DNA of 64,000 nt from Octopus sinensis (lineage: Eukaryota): NCBI RefSeq assembly GCF_006345805.1, contig NC_043005.1:80042001-80106000 (forward strand). Direction: 5' to 3'. The position numbers and the translations under genes are program-made. Every line of letters begins with the position of its first letter. Position 1 is the first letter of the stretch. The notes beneath the pieces were generated by a model that was not told the origin of the DNA, made no database searches, and saw nothing but the letters and a program-made list of their open reading frames with translations. Shown piece after piece: positions 52,521-64,000 of this stretch.

Positions 52521-53227
52521 ATGAGATTGCGTAATATTGAAATAACCATTCAGGAAATTGCTTTTATTGCAAAATGGTTACCTTTGTGATTGTTGGAGGC
52601 CAAGCTTTTCAGTGTAATGGTGAAAATGATGTTTACGTACCCCGAATTTTTTTTCCACATACAATGACAAACTTAAGATAGAAAACGATAAAGAAAATGG
52701 CAATTAGAGAAACGGATAAAGTTTCAAATACAAACATTTAAAGTCACAGTAGGAAAACCAGAAACTACGTTGTGCAAATGTCAAATCACAAATCAATGTA
52801 CATCTTTCTATGTTTGCTACGCTTTTGTACGACACGTTCGTTTAATGTATTTAGACACTTGTGGCCAGTAAAGAAATAATAATTATTATTATTTTCCAGT
52901 TGCGTTATTTTTATTACGTGCTTTCTCTGCATAACGGGGAGCAGATCTATTCGATTTCAGTACTTACAGCGTTTTGTTTTCATTTCGTATTCTCTTTTTT
53001 TTTAAAGTTATCGTGGTCTTACATATTGATGGATCTAGACGTTCTATTTTCTGCGTGCGATGTATATTTGTAAATCTTGGGGTTTGGGTTATTTATTTGT
53101 CTATATGTATTTAATTGTTCATTAGTCACCTTTCATTACAGGGTTTGTAATGGTTTTCAGTCCTCATATTTTTGTTATCTCTCAGCTCAGATACTTACTT
53201 TGGGTCATCGTCTATAGGGTCTGATAT

Positions 53228-53452
53228 TACGTTAGCACGCCGGGCGAAATGCGTAGCCGTATTTCGACTGCCGTTACGTTCTGAGTTCAAATTCCGCCGA
53301 GGTCGAATTTGCCTTTCATCATTTCGGGGTCGATTAAATAAGTATCAGTTACGCACTGGGGTCGATATAATCGACTTAATCCGCTTGTGTGTCCTTGTTT
53401 GTCTTCTCTGTGTTTAGCCCCTTGTGGGTAGTAAAGAAATAGGCATTTCGTT
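53228..53452 (+). mobile_element. SINE family A ending at an internal-type junction
   Basis: Ends GGGTAGTAAAGAAATAGG|CATTTCG then diverges. Confidence 0.85.
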
Positions 53453-53479
53453 TCCTGCTGATCCTTGACAACTATATAC

Positions 53480-53720
53480 ATCAGTTACATTTGATTATCC
53501 GCTTTTCGTCATTTGGCAAATCAGAATATACTCACTTGTCAATGTCTAAGACCTTTTCTGGCGCCTGTTTATACCACTGCAGTTTTGGTGATTTGGTGAG
53601 ATTTCATACTTCTAACATGTTGTGTAGTGTATGAAATCACTGACTATACCATAACGACACATGTGGTGTCTCATGAGTAATACTACGCAAATAATGTGAT
53701 TGTTTGTTCTTTGCTTCCAT
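53480..53720 (-). mobile_element. R4/Dong-type LINE fragment (post-CCHC region)
   Basis: FIHY...KYEI...WYKQAPEKVLDIDK-like segment. Confidence 0.45.
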
Positions 53721-54499
53721 GTATTCCGCTGTTAATTCATATATTATGCTTCATTGAATTTGTCTAGGATGTTTCTGGCTGGAAGATTATTTTTCCCTTT
53801 ACCACATTCAAGAATCTTGCAATCTCACCTTTGTACCTCTCAGCAATTATTGCAATTTTTCCTTATTATCTCTTCCTCCTATTCCTTTCTTTTTTTCAGG
53901 TATTGCTCATCTAGGACCTCTTCGTCATCAATTTGAAGATGGCATTCAAAAGCCACATGATTTTGCATAAGCTGTTGGCTCTTTCATAATTTATGTTCTT
54001 TCAATTTTCCTCTAACAACTTTCAATTATTATAGCGTTTGTATTGTATTTATTGACTGCTTTCAACTTAGCCAATATGTTGATTATTCATGATTAATTTT
54101 TTATTGTTCTATGCCAGATATTATTGAAACATTCGCTAGATATTATATAATAATTTTGTTGAACCCTACAACTCTGTATTCGTAGAAAATTGTTTAGTAT
54201 ATTCCAAATGTTGTTGCTATTTTTCTTGTTTGTTTGTTTTGTTTCTGTCTAATCTTCCGTCTTCATTTCTCATTCAGTTGAGAAACTTATAACTCGATCT
54301 ACAATCACTGAAGCAGTCGTCCTTTTGATTCCATCTAACTCTGTTTTAAGTGTTAAGCTGATAGAAGGTGTGCAAAGACAATTAATAACAACAACAAAAA
54401 CAACAACAACAACAACAACAACAACCATAATAATAATAATAATAATCATAATAATAATAACAATAATTATGATTACTATTATTATTATTACCTCATTTA

Positions 54500-54705
54500 C
54501 ACTTTTACCTGTTTCAATAATTTGACTGTGGCCATGATGGAGCACCGCCTTTAGTTGAGCAAATCGACCATACGACTTTTTCATTGTAAGCCTAGTACTT
54601 ATTCTATCGGTGTCTTTTGCCGAACCGCTAAGTTACGGGACGTAAACACACCAGCATCGGTTGTCAAGCGATGTTGGCGGGACAAATACAGACACAAAAA
54701 CATAT

Positions 54706-54752
<47 letters not shown>

Positions 54753-54907
54753 CGACGGGCTTTTTCAGTTTCCGTCTACCAAATCCCCTCACAAGGCTTT
54801 GGTCGGCCCGAGACTATAGTAAAAGACACTTGCCTAAGGTGCCACGCAGTGTGACTGAACCCGGAATCATGTGGTTGGTTAGCAAGCTACTTACCACACA
54901 GCCATCC
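54500..54907 (-). mobile_element. SINE family B
   Basis: Full architecture. Confidence 0.9.
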
Positions 54908-55499
54908 CTATTATTATTGTTAAGACGCAATGCTTCTCGGGATTTGTCCCAGTTTCTTCAGTTCTAATTACGAATCCTGCCGTCGTGATTAAATCTGTCT
55001 TCCATCATTTTGGTGCCAATAAAATAAAATTACGAGTCTGGTAAAGAAATCAATGATATCAACTAATACGTTCTCCCACCATCAAATTTCAAACCTTGTG
55101 CTTCTACTAGAGAATGAAATTAAATATTGCTTTTTCGATTTTCGATATTTCCTTGCAAAAGCTCTTTTCTACAATACCTTCTGCTGCACGTATGTTTTCC
55201 CGTGAGGATATGTATATAATTGTCTTTTGTTGTGTCTAAAAGCTGTTTTCTGTGTTGTTGGTATTGTTTTCAGTCACACTGTGTAGCTTTAGTGTTGTCC
55301 TAATTTCTCCTGAAAAGCTCTATTCGATCAAAACTATATTTTGTTACTTAATCAATACAGCAGTGGGTTTACATAACCTATTATATTTTTCGTGGAGTAT
55401 AGAGTTTTCTTTTTGTCGTTTTTTCTACTTAAATTGGAAATTCAATTAATATTTTAGGGTTTTTAGATAGTGTACTAATACTGAAATTAAACATATTTT

Positions 55500-55795
55500 G
55501 TGGAGGCGCAATGGCCCAGTGGTTAGGGCTGTGGACTCGTGGTCAGAGGATCGCGGTTTCGATTCCCAGACCGGGCGTTTTGTGTGTTTATTGAGCGAAA
55601 TCACCTAAAGCTCCACGAGGCTCCGGCAGGGATGGTGGTGATCCCTGCTGTACTCTTTCACCACAACTTTCTCTCACTCTTACTTCTCCACGTGGCGACC
55701 CGTCCAGCTGGGAGGAACACATACGCCATAGAAACCTGGAAACCGAGTCCATGAGGCTGGGTAGGCTTGAAAAGGGCGCATAAATAAATATATAA
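55500..55795 (+). mobile_element. SINE with head C + tail Y
   Basis: Head as at 33081; tail GGAACACATACGCCATAGAAACC...GGGCGCATAAAATAAATA as at 16481. Confidence 0.85.
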
Positions 55796-56447
55796 ATAAA
55801 CATATTTTAGGTGCAATTGTGGCTGTGTCGTCAGAAGTTCGCTTTCCAGCCACATAATTCTGGGTTTAGTACCACTGTTTGACAAATAAGTAGATTTGTG
55901 AGACGTATGCATAATATATATATTTATGTTATATTTATCCGGATGAAAATTTTACTTCCTCCGGTAAAAGAATTATCTCCTAGGTTTCCAATTATTTCAT
56001 TTAAATAATATGGATCTCTATATTTGGTGTTTCTAGAGGTACAAACGCATACCTGTTTTGACCAGTAAGTTAGGGATATAAGGAGATATTTAATTAGATA
56101 TGGTAGGGAGAGTGCTAAAAGTAAATAATCACTCAAATCAGGAATATAAAAATTACGCTTTAAAACGAAGTAAATATTTATATAATGGTAACAACGAAAA
56201 ACCTGAAAGTAATAAATTTAAAACGTCTTATTGTTTTAATTATGATCCACTAATGAGTACAAAAAAACATTATATGATAATATTATGCATTATTTCTTTG
56301 ATGATAGCATGGTCTTTTTTGACAGAAATAGCTATCTGAGAAAATTTGATAAATTAATAATCCATCATTAACAAGAAAATCTGCTTCATTTTATTTGATG
56401 ACACTTATTGAACTCCGTTTAATGAATTAATTCTTATAATGATCATT

Positions 56448-56486
<39 letters not shown>

Positions 56487-56509
56487 GCACACACACACAC
56501 ATACACACA

Positions 56510-56540
<31 letters not shown>

Positions 56541-56585
56541 CAACACACATATATATAATATATATTATATATATATTTATATATA

Positions 56586-56982
56586 TCTTTATATATAAAA
56601 GTCAAGTTGCGTGTCTGTCTCCTACGATTTAGATTCCTAACTACTCCCACATTTTGCTGTGCAGTTTAACCAAAACCGGGTATCTTATAGTCGTGATTCA
56701 TATCGAGCCCTTCTGGGTATTAGCGCGCGTCTACGATGAGTCTACGATTTTTTTTTAAAATTACCATAATTTTTTTTCCATTTTAATGCATTTTCTCGCT
56801 ATTATATAAGGGAAGTAACTCTCTAAAAATGTCTACGATAAGTCAACAATTAAAAAAAATATTTACCATCATTTTTTTTCCATTTTTAATGCATTTTTGC
56901 TATCTTTTGGCTATAACTCTCTAAAAATGCTTATATAGTTATTTCCCTTACAAACCCGAGCAACGCCGGGCGATACTGCTAG
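56586..56982 (+). mobile_element. Non-autonomous Helitron-like element, second family
   Basis: A|TCTTTATATATAAAAGT...AAACCCGAGCAACGCCGGGCGATACTGCTAG|T; internal about 90-bp duplication at about 56741-56900. Confidence 0.8.
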
Positions 56983-57105
56983 TATATATATATATTAGAA
57001 GGTTTGGAGATGATGTACATTAGAGGAAATGAGGTACTCAGAAGTTCGGATGGTTTTATATTTACAAATATTTATTTGTATATTACATGTTTTTATACAT
57101 CATAT

Positions 57106-57499
57106 AGGCGCAGGAGTGGCTGCGTAGTAAGTAGCTTGTTTACCAATCACATAGTTCCGGGTTCAGTCCCACTGCGTGACACCTTGGGCAAGTGTCTTCT
57201 ACTATAGCCTCGGGCCGACCAAAGTATTGTGAGTGGATTTGGTAGACGGAAACTGAAAGAAGCCCGTCGTATATATGTGTATATAAATATGTGTGTGTGT
57301 GTGTTTGTGTGTCTGTATTAGTCCCCCTACGATGCTGGTGCGTTTATGTCCCTATTACTTAGCGCTTCGGCAAAAGAGACCGATAGAATAAGTACTAGGC
57401 TTACAAAAGAATATGTCCCGGGGTCGAGTTGCTCGATTAAAAGCGGTGCACCAGCATGGCAGCAGTCAAATGACTGAAACAAGTAAAAGAGTAAAAGAG
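57106..57499 (+). mobile_element. SINE family B
   Basis: Full architecture with short internal microsatellite. Confidence 0.9.
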
Positions 57500-57659
57500 T
57501 GTATATAACTAATATCATATAACATATAGTAGCGCTTTCGTCCATTCTAGTGGAGTTTTCAAACTGAACTCAATTTGAGTTCAATTTTATTGTTGTTGTT
57601 GTTGTCGTTGTTGTTGTCGTCGTCGTTGTCGTCGTCGTCGTCGTTGTTGTTGTTGTTAT

Positions 57660-57880
57660 TAAAGTGGCAAGCTAAAGTATTGTTTACACGCCAGAGAAAA
57701 TGCGAAGCAGCACGTTAGCCGTCCTTACGTTCTGAGTTTAAATTTTATTGAGGTCAACTTTGCCACTCTTCGTTCCAGTATCGATCAAATCAGTGCAAGT
57801 TGAACACTGGGATCGATGAAATCGACTAGCTACTTCCTACAAAATGTCAGGCCTTGTACCTGTAGTAGAAAAGATTGTTG
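57660..57880 (+). mobile_element. Old family A SINE after a (GTT/GTC)n tract
   Basis: Degenerate head, core and short tail. Confidence 0.65.
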
Positions 57881-58130
57881 TTGTTGATGATGCTGTGGTG
57901 GTGGTGGCGGCTTTCTTCCAGTGGCAATCGATATCTTATGGCTTTTCGCGGTGCAACTGCATAAAGTATCATACAAAGAAAGCTACTTTAATTAAATAAT
58001 GCTTTTGTTACCCATGATAAATTTTTATCCAGCTAGTCGTCTAAATGTAGTACCAGTAGTTTGATTCAGTCACTGGTTTTCTGTATCAGTGGCTTCGGGT
58101 TTTGACTTGGATTCTGATACCAGCTGGAAT

Positions 58131-58176
58131 ATGGTGCTGACGAAGTCCCTAAAGGCAGAAATGCGCATCTGTCTCA
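58131..58176 (+). ncRNA. Solo degenerate hammerhead-like motif in PLE-terminal-like sequence
   Basis: CTGACGA-AGTCCCTAAAGGCA-GAAA-TGCGCA-TC; palindromic helix III ATGCGCAT; helix I weak. Confidence 0.4.
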
Positions 58177-58916
58177 GTTGCTGGACAATTTCCATCTGCT
58201 ACTAACTTTATTTAGTTCATTGAACATCCATAAGCGATATCATCTCCGGACAAGTACCGCTGTTGATTTGGCTTTTTATGATGGACAGATAGCTATTTTG
58301 CTCAAATAGTTTTTCTGTTATAAATAAGGATAAAAGATTTGTTTAAAAGAGTCATCCTATGCTTAGACTTCGTTTCAAATATTATTTCACATTATCTTTG
58401 CAATTTATGTTCTTGATTTACACACTATTGCGCCATTATATTGCTTTTGAGAATTAACAGTACTTACTTCTTCTAGGGCTGTAAGCAGGCAGAATCCTTA
58501 GCATCGGGGAAAATGCTAAGTGGCATCTCATCTGTCTTTATGTTCTTAGTTCAAATTCCACTGAGGTTGACTTTTTCTTTCATCATTTTGGGCTCAATAA
58601 AATAAGTACCATTTGTTTACTGGGGTTGATGTAATCGATTTACCAATTGCTCCGAAATTGTAGACCTTGTGCCATACTTTAAAACCAGTATTAATTTCTT
58701 CTCGAATAAACAATAGGACTTCATGCTCACCTTTTCAACGACTCACCGGTTACTTTTACTAAAACTCTACTAAAAAAATGTTAGGACCTTTATCCAGAAA
58801 TCTTAACAGATTTCCTTTCAGTTGTTAGACCTCAGAAGATGTACGATAATCTTTCTGCTTAACATGCTTGTCACAATTGTGCTATCATATTTTGGTTATC
58901 ATTCTTTATAAAATAT

Positions 58917-59260
58917 GAAGGCGCATGGCTTAGTGGTTAGAGCATCGAGCTTACAATCGTGTGGTTGTGAGTTCGATTCCCGGACCGGACTGCGTGTTGT
59001 GCTCTCGTCTTGAGCAAGACACTTTTTATCACGTTTCTCCTGTTTACTCAGCTGTAAAAATGAGTTGCGACGTCACTGGTGCCAAGATATATCGGCCTTG
59101 GCCTTACCGTTGGAAAATATCGGTGGCGTGGAGAGGGGGGGGGCTGGTATGCATGGGCGACTGCTAGTCTTCCAGAAACAAACCTTACCCAGCCTTGTAC
59201 CTCGAAGGGTAACTTTCTAGGTACAATCTTATAGTCATTCATGACCGAAGGGGGTCACCC
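58917..59260 (+). mobile_element. SINE with head D + third tail Z
   Basis: GAAGGCGCATGGCTTAGTGG...GTTCGATTCCC...CTTGAGCAAGACAC; tail ends ATGACCGAAGGGGGTC. Confidence 0.8.
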
Positions 59261-59759
59261 ATTTCTTTTCAAATACATTGATCCATACTTTGACTTCATA
59301 TGCTCCTCTAATACTTTAACAATTTAAATTCCAAATCCTTTATACCTCAATATCTTCAGATAATTGTTTATATATTTTAAGTAGAACTATTTCAAATTAA
59401 TTTACGTGCCTGGCAAGTGATTTAATCAGAAACCGCGTGTTGCAGCGGGTCTGTGTCAGTGAACAAATCACAGTTAGTGTAACAAACGTTTTGCCACCAA
59501 GAGATGTTAAATATATTTTCGTGCATTTTTAGAAGGCTAATACGTGTCATACTCTCTGTAATCCCTTTAACAAGTGATTTTGATGACGAAAACTGCTCGC
59601 ATTTATTTACCACACTTTATTGAATATATCTTCCCGAGAATGAATTGTTTTAATTATTCATGCCACTTACAGAGTCTTTTCTTTTATGTTCCTGCACTTA
59701 TTTGTTTTCATATGAAACCGCCCTCTCAGATCATTGAATAAAGTTCTCTCTCTCTCGTT

Positions 59760-59962
59760 CTATCTATCTGCTTGCCTGCCTGCCTGTCTTTCTGTCAATC
59801 AGTCTGTCTGGCTGTCTGTCAGTCTGTCTTTCTATCTCGCTATCTGTATATCTCTCTATCTCTGTCTAGTTATCTGTATGTATATGTATGTATTTGTATG
59901 TGTTTATCTGTTTGTCTGTCCGTTTGTGTGTCCGTTTGTCTGTCTGTTTGTCTGTCTGTTAG

Positions 59963-59995
<33 letters not shown>

Positions 59996-60098
59996 TAATG
60001 TATCTATGTCTGTCAGTCTGTCTATCAATCTATTTCTCTCTCTCCTTTACTCTATGTCTCTCTGACTCTCTCTCTGCCTATGTCTATGTGTCTCTCTG

Positions 60099-60134
<36 letters not shown>

Positions 60135-60266
60135 TATATATGTGTTTGTGTGTACATGTGTGCGTGTATATATATGTATATGTATGCATATATATATATA
60201 TATATATATATGTATATGTGTATATATATATGTATATGCATATATATGTATATATCTGTATGTATA

Positions 60267-60300
<34 letters not shown>
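59760..60300. repeat. (TCTG)n/(TCTA)n/(TA)n compound tract
   Basis: Direct inspection. Confidence 0.9.
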
Positions 60301-60306
<6 letters not shown>

Positions 60307-62209
60307 ATATTTTATATTTAGTGTACTATGTGTTCTATGTAATGGGTGAGTAATTTTCTTATGGTCCAGTAAATAACTTATATAATCCGTTTATTTACCG
60401 CTTTTTTTTTTCAATGGAAGTACATTTTGGGGGGCGTAGTTATAAATGACAAATAATCTTTGAAGACGTTTGATCATTTATTTGCTGGGTAAGAGCTTCT
60501 ATTGTTCCATGTTCATTGATTTTGTTTGGCCAATTCTTCTATTATTAATGTGTCTGTTAGTTTTTCCTCGTTGTTGACTAAGTCTTCTCTTCTATTATGT
60601 GTTATTGTTGCTGCATATGTGGGAAAACTTGTATTTTGCTATTTATCTAATTATTCGAGGCATAATTGCGTAAGGGTCTTTATTTGGGATTTGTTGCTTT
60701 CTCCTCTCGTTATCTGTGCTTTCGTCATTCGTCTAGAATTTTTTTTATTGCATTATAACGTCTCATATATTTTGTATAGTAAATTTCAATGTGTTGCATA
60801 TATTACTTCACATTAAATCAATTAAACTATAAAAGTGTTGTCGCTATTTGTTTATTTGTAGCTCAAATTATTGTTTGATCCCTAGTCACAACGAACCTAT
60901 ATTCAAAGACATTTCAACTCTAACCTTCCTGCTGTTTTAGTTATCTCTCACTATATTATATAACGAGTCCTTTTCTTTTGTGGAATAGAATACCATGCAA
61001 CGTAGATGACCCTTCACTGTTTCGTTCCTTGATTTTCCATTGTGCAATATTTGCATGTTTCTCTATATTATATTTTTCGTCTCCATGTTCCGTATGTATC
61101 TTTCTTGCTATAGCAGTGTATGATGTGTATAGCTATGGAGTACAAACGTGACGCTATAATGTATTTTTTTGCTTGGCACATTACTCATTTTTAGACTTTC
61201 TTTAAGCTGACTAAAGCTCAGGATTTAAAACTTTTTTAAAAATGAAGTCCGATCAGAACATGATAATATTATTATGTGACGAAAAGACGAAAATACGAAG
61301 TGAAGGAGAAATGGCTGTGACTAAGCAAAGTCAAAAATGACAATAGTATCTCTGTTACAGTAACCATTGCAGTGGTAATGACAGTCAAAATCTTTAAAGA
61401 GTATCATGACAAAACAAACCTAAGCATGTATTTGTAATATTAAAATAATTACCATTATTTTTAACGGCAACAACATCGACAAAAATGAGATTAAAACTTG
61501 TGTAACGACATAGAAAACTCATTACCTTTGTTGCCATTAATATACCAACGGTTCGTCCGAGAGCTAAGACCAAGCAGTGAAAAATGATGTCCTGTTTCAG
61601 ATTTGGTAAAGTAGGTAGACTTAATCAGCTATGACCTTATACTAAGTAACAATCGCAACAACGTTTTTTAGATTTGTGTTATCAGATTTGAGATGTTTCG
61701 TAGTTTATTTTATTTTCATTTATGCACATAACTTGTGCCATAAATGTCGTCTACTCTTTTATGTATATAACTGTCTTGTCTGCTGAAGATGAGGTCGGAC
61801 ACTTGATGAGCAGATGAGGCCTACTCAGGAAGAAACACGTGTCCGCAGCACATGTTTCTGCATCAATAAGCAGCATATATCCAACGGCACGTTGTGTGTT
61901 GCTCAAGAACGCAATGCGCTGCAGGATATCGAACTCACGACCTGACGACCGTGAACCGAATATTTTCAAGCATTCAGACTTTTCCTTAGTGGCATGTCGA
62001 TTTTTGAAAAATCTTAATGCTTGTAATGACCCTCCATTTACATTTAGATTTGGTTCCAATCATCACAAAGCAACTGGTTTACCCTGTCTAGAACCGGAGA
62101 TAATTTTTTATAAATGAAGAATTGTTCTTCAACAATCTTTTATATTCATTTATTCGTGTTTTTGCTTAGATGATATTGGAAGTCTCTAACCTTTGTTCAT
62201 TAACGTTTC

Positions 62210-62265
<56 letters not shown>

Positions 62266-62502
62266 ATTCAGAACATGATGGCATGCCGAAAAAAAGAGAG
62301 AAAAATAAAACTATGCGTTAGATTATCGATATATAAATACGAGGGTATTCAAAAAGGGAATGCAAATATAAAATAATCCAACATGTAGCATTCGGATAAT
62401 CGATTTAGGTGAAAATATACAGTAACAGAAGTGGTACTGATCGATTTTACTATTTGATACTCACATAACTCTCAAACATACATACACAAACACACACAAA
62501 TA

Positions 62503-62562
62503 GAGTAATCCCTCGACTACCGGGATAGGAGAAAATCTGCGAAGTAGAAGCAACACTATACG

Positions 62563-62600
<38 letters not shown>

Positions 62601-62616
62601 CATCATCATCATCATC

Positions 62617-62653
<37 letters not shown>

Positions 62654-62827
62654 GTCGTCATCATCATCATCATCATCATTATTATTATTAATATTATTAT
62701 TATTATTATTTTTAAAATTTGTATATATTTATTTTATTAGAAATGCAAAACAACAGCACAGAGAAACTAACGTAAGCGTAAATAATAAACCGCGATAGGT
62801 GAACCTCAATATGGCGAGGGATTACTG
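62503..62827. mobile_element. Tigger/pogo-like MITE containing an (ATT)(ATC)(ATT) microsatellite
   Basis: TA|GAGTAATCCCTCGACTA ... ATGGCGAGGGATTACTG inverted termini. Confidence 0.65.
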
Positions 62828-62944
62828 TTTATGTGGAAATAGGGACACCAAAAAACCCTAATTGTTATCAAGTGAACTGTAAGAACAGTGAATGAGAGCA
62901 ACACATTTGTATTCTGTAAGGATATCTCAGGGAAGATTGCTAAC

Positions 62945-63232
62945 ACTCCGTTTAATCGATTAACGAGACAGCAGACTCATGAAATTAGCGTGTAAGAAGC
63001 TGAACATCCGACAGACACCCTTAGCGCAGTTCTCGGGGAAATTCAGTGTGACACAGAATGTGACAAAAGTGGCCCTTTCAAATACAGGTGCAACTCATTT
63101 TTGCCAGCTGAGTAGACTGGAGCAACGTGAAATAAAGATCCTCGATAAAGGACACAAGGCGCTGCCTGATATCGAACTCACGAATTTAGAACTGCGAACG
63201 GACTACCCTAACCACTAAACCACGAGCATTCA
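62945..63232 (-). mobile_element. Old SINE head D + tail X
   Basis: Degenerate match to 26045-26371. Confidence 0.7.
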
Positions 63233-63508
63233 CAAGAGAAAATTACTAGAATAAGAAATCCTACGGTGTAGGGAATGGGCTTGGCTTTTCGGAAAATCAT
63301 CACCAGCTGAAGTTCAATTTATTCACACTTTCCTAAGTCCAAGGAATTCATTTCAACTTGATAGTTTGCTATGACATTTCCAGGATAATACTAAAGGCGA
63401 GTGGAGATGTGAAGAATTGTAAAACGGAACCGCACCTAAAATTCTGCATTGGCCATGGACATTCCTTTAGCGAGAGATGATATTTCATGGACATTAGTGG
63501 ACTATCTG

Positions 63509-63547
<39 letters not shown>

Positions 63548-63601
63548 CTATCTTGCTACCTATTTATATATCTATCTATTTCTCTCTCTCTTTCTCTCTC
63601 T

Positions 63602-63685
<84 letters not shown>

Positions 63686-63796
63686 CAACATACACACATA
63701 TATGCACTCACACATACGGAGACATACCCAAACACGCACAGACACATAAATATACATACATGCATGTATATATATATATATATGTATGTGTGTGCG

Positions 63797-63829
<33 letters not shown>

Positions 63830-63830
63830 G

Positions 63831-64000
63831 TAGGCGCAGCAATGGCTGTGTGATAAGTAGCTTGCTTACCAACCACAGGCCGACCAAAGTCTTGTCAGTG
63901 GATTTGATAGACGGAAAAGGAAAGAAGTCCGTCGCATATATGTGATTATGTTTTTTGAGTCTGTGTGTGTATATGTGTGTGTGTCCACCATCGCTTGGCA
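63831..64000 (+). mobile_element. Internally deleted family B SINE, cut by window edge
   Basis: Head joined directly to GGCCGACCAAAG; B-box and CORE-like segment lost. Confidence 0.75.

Noticed and set aside
62338-62372. TACGAGGGTATTCAAAAAG mariner-like TIR
   Set aside because: No partner TIR or transposase sequence was found nearby; too short to call.

Overview
AT-rich, repeat-saturated animal genomic DNA. It is most likely a coleoid cephalopod (Octopus), inferred from the tRNA-derived SINE repertoire and the extreme (TA)n/(CA)n/(TACA)n load. I recognise no host protein-coding gene. One weak candidate exon lies at about 1.03-1.16 kb, and most ORFs in the track are microsatellite read-throughs. 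The window holds: a young, 5'-truncated RTE/BovB-like LINE (17.77-20.63 kb; one frameshift, one stop); a decayed Penelope-like element (RT + GIY-YIG, 23.1-24.9 kb); several R4/Dong-type LINE remnants; two mariner copies and a maT-like transposon; two non-autonomous Helitrons; and dozens of SINE copies from at least four head families with swapped tails. The most unusual signal is a set of foldback (inverted-repeat) elements at 35.4-36.0 and 37.0-37.6 kb. Each arm carries a minimal hammerhead-ribozyme-like motif of the Penelope type, and further solo motifs occur at 23.2, 58.1 and 61.8 kb. Family names come from motif recognition, not database searches, and boundaries of old fragments are approximate.
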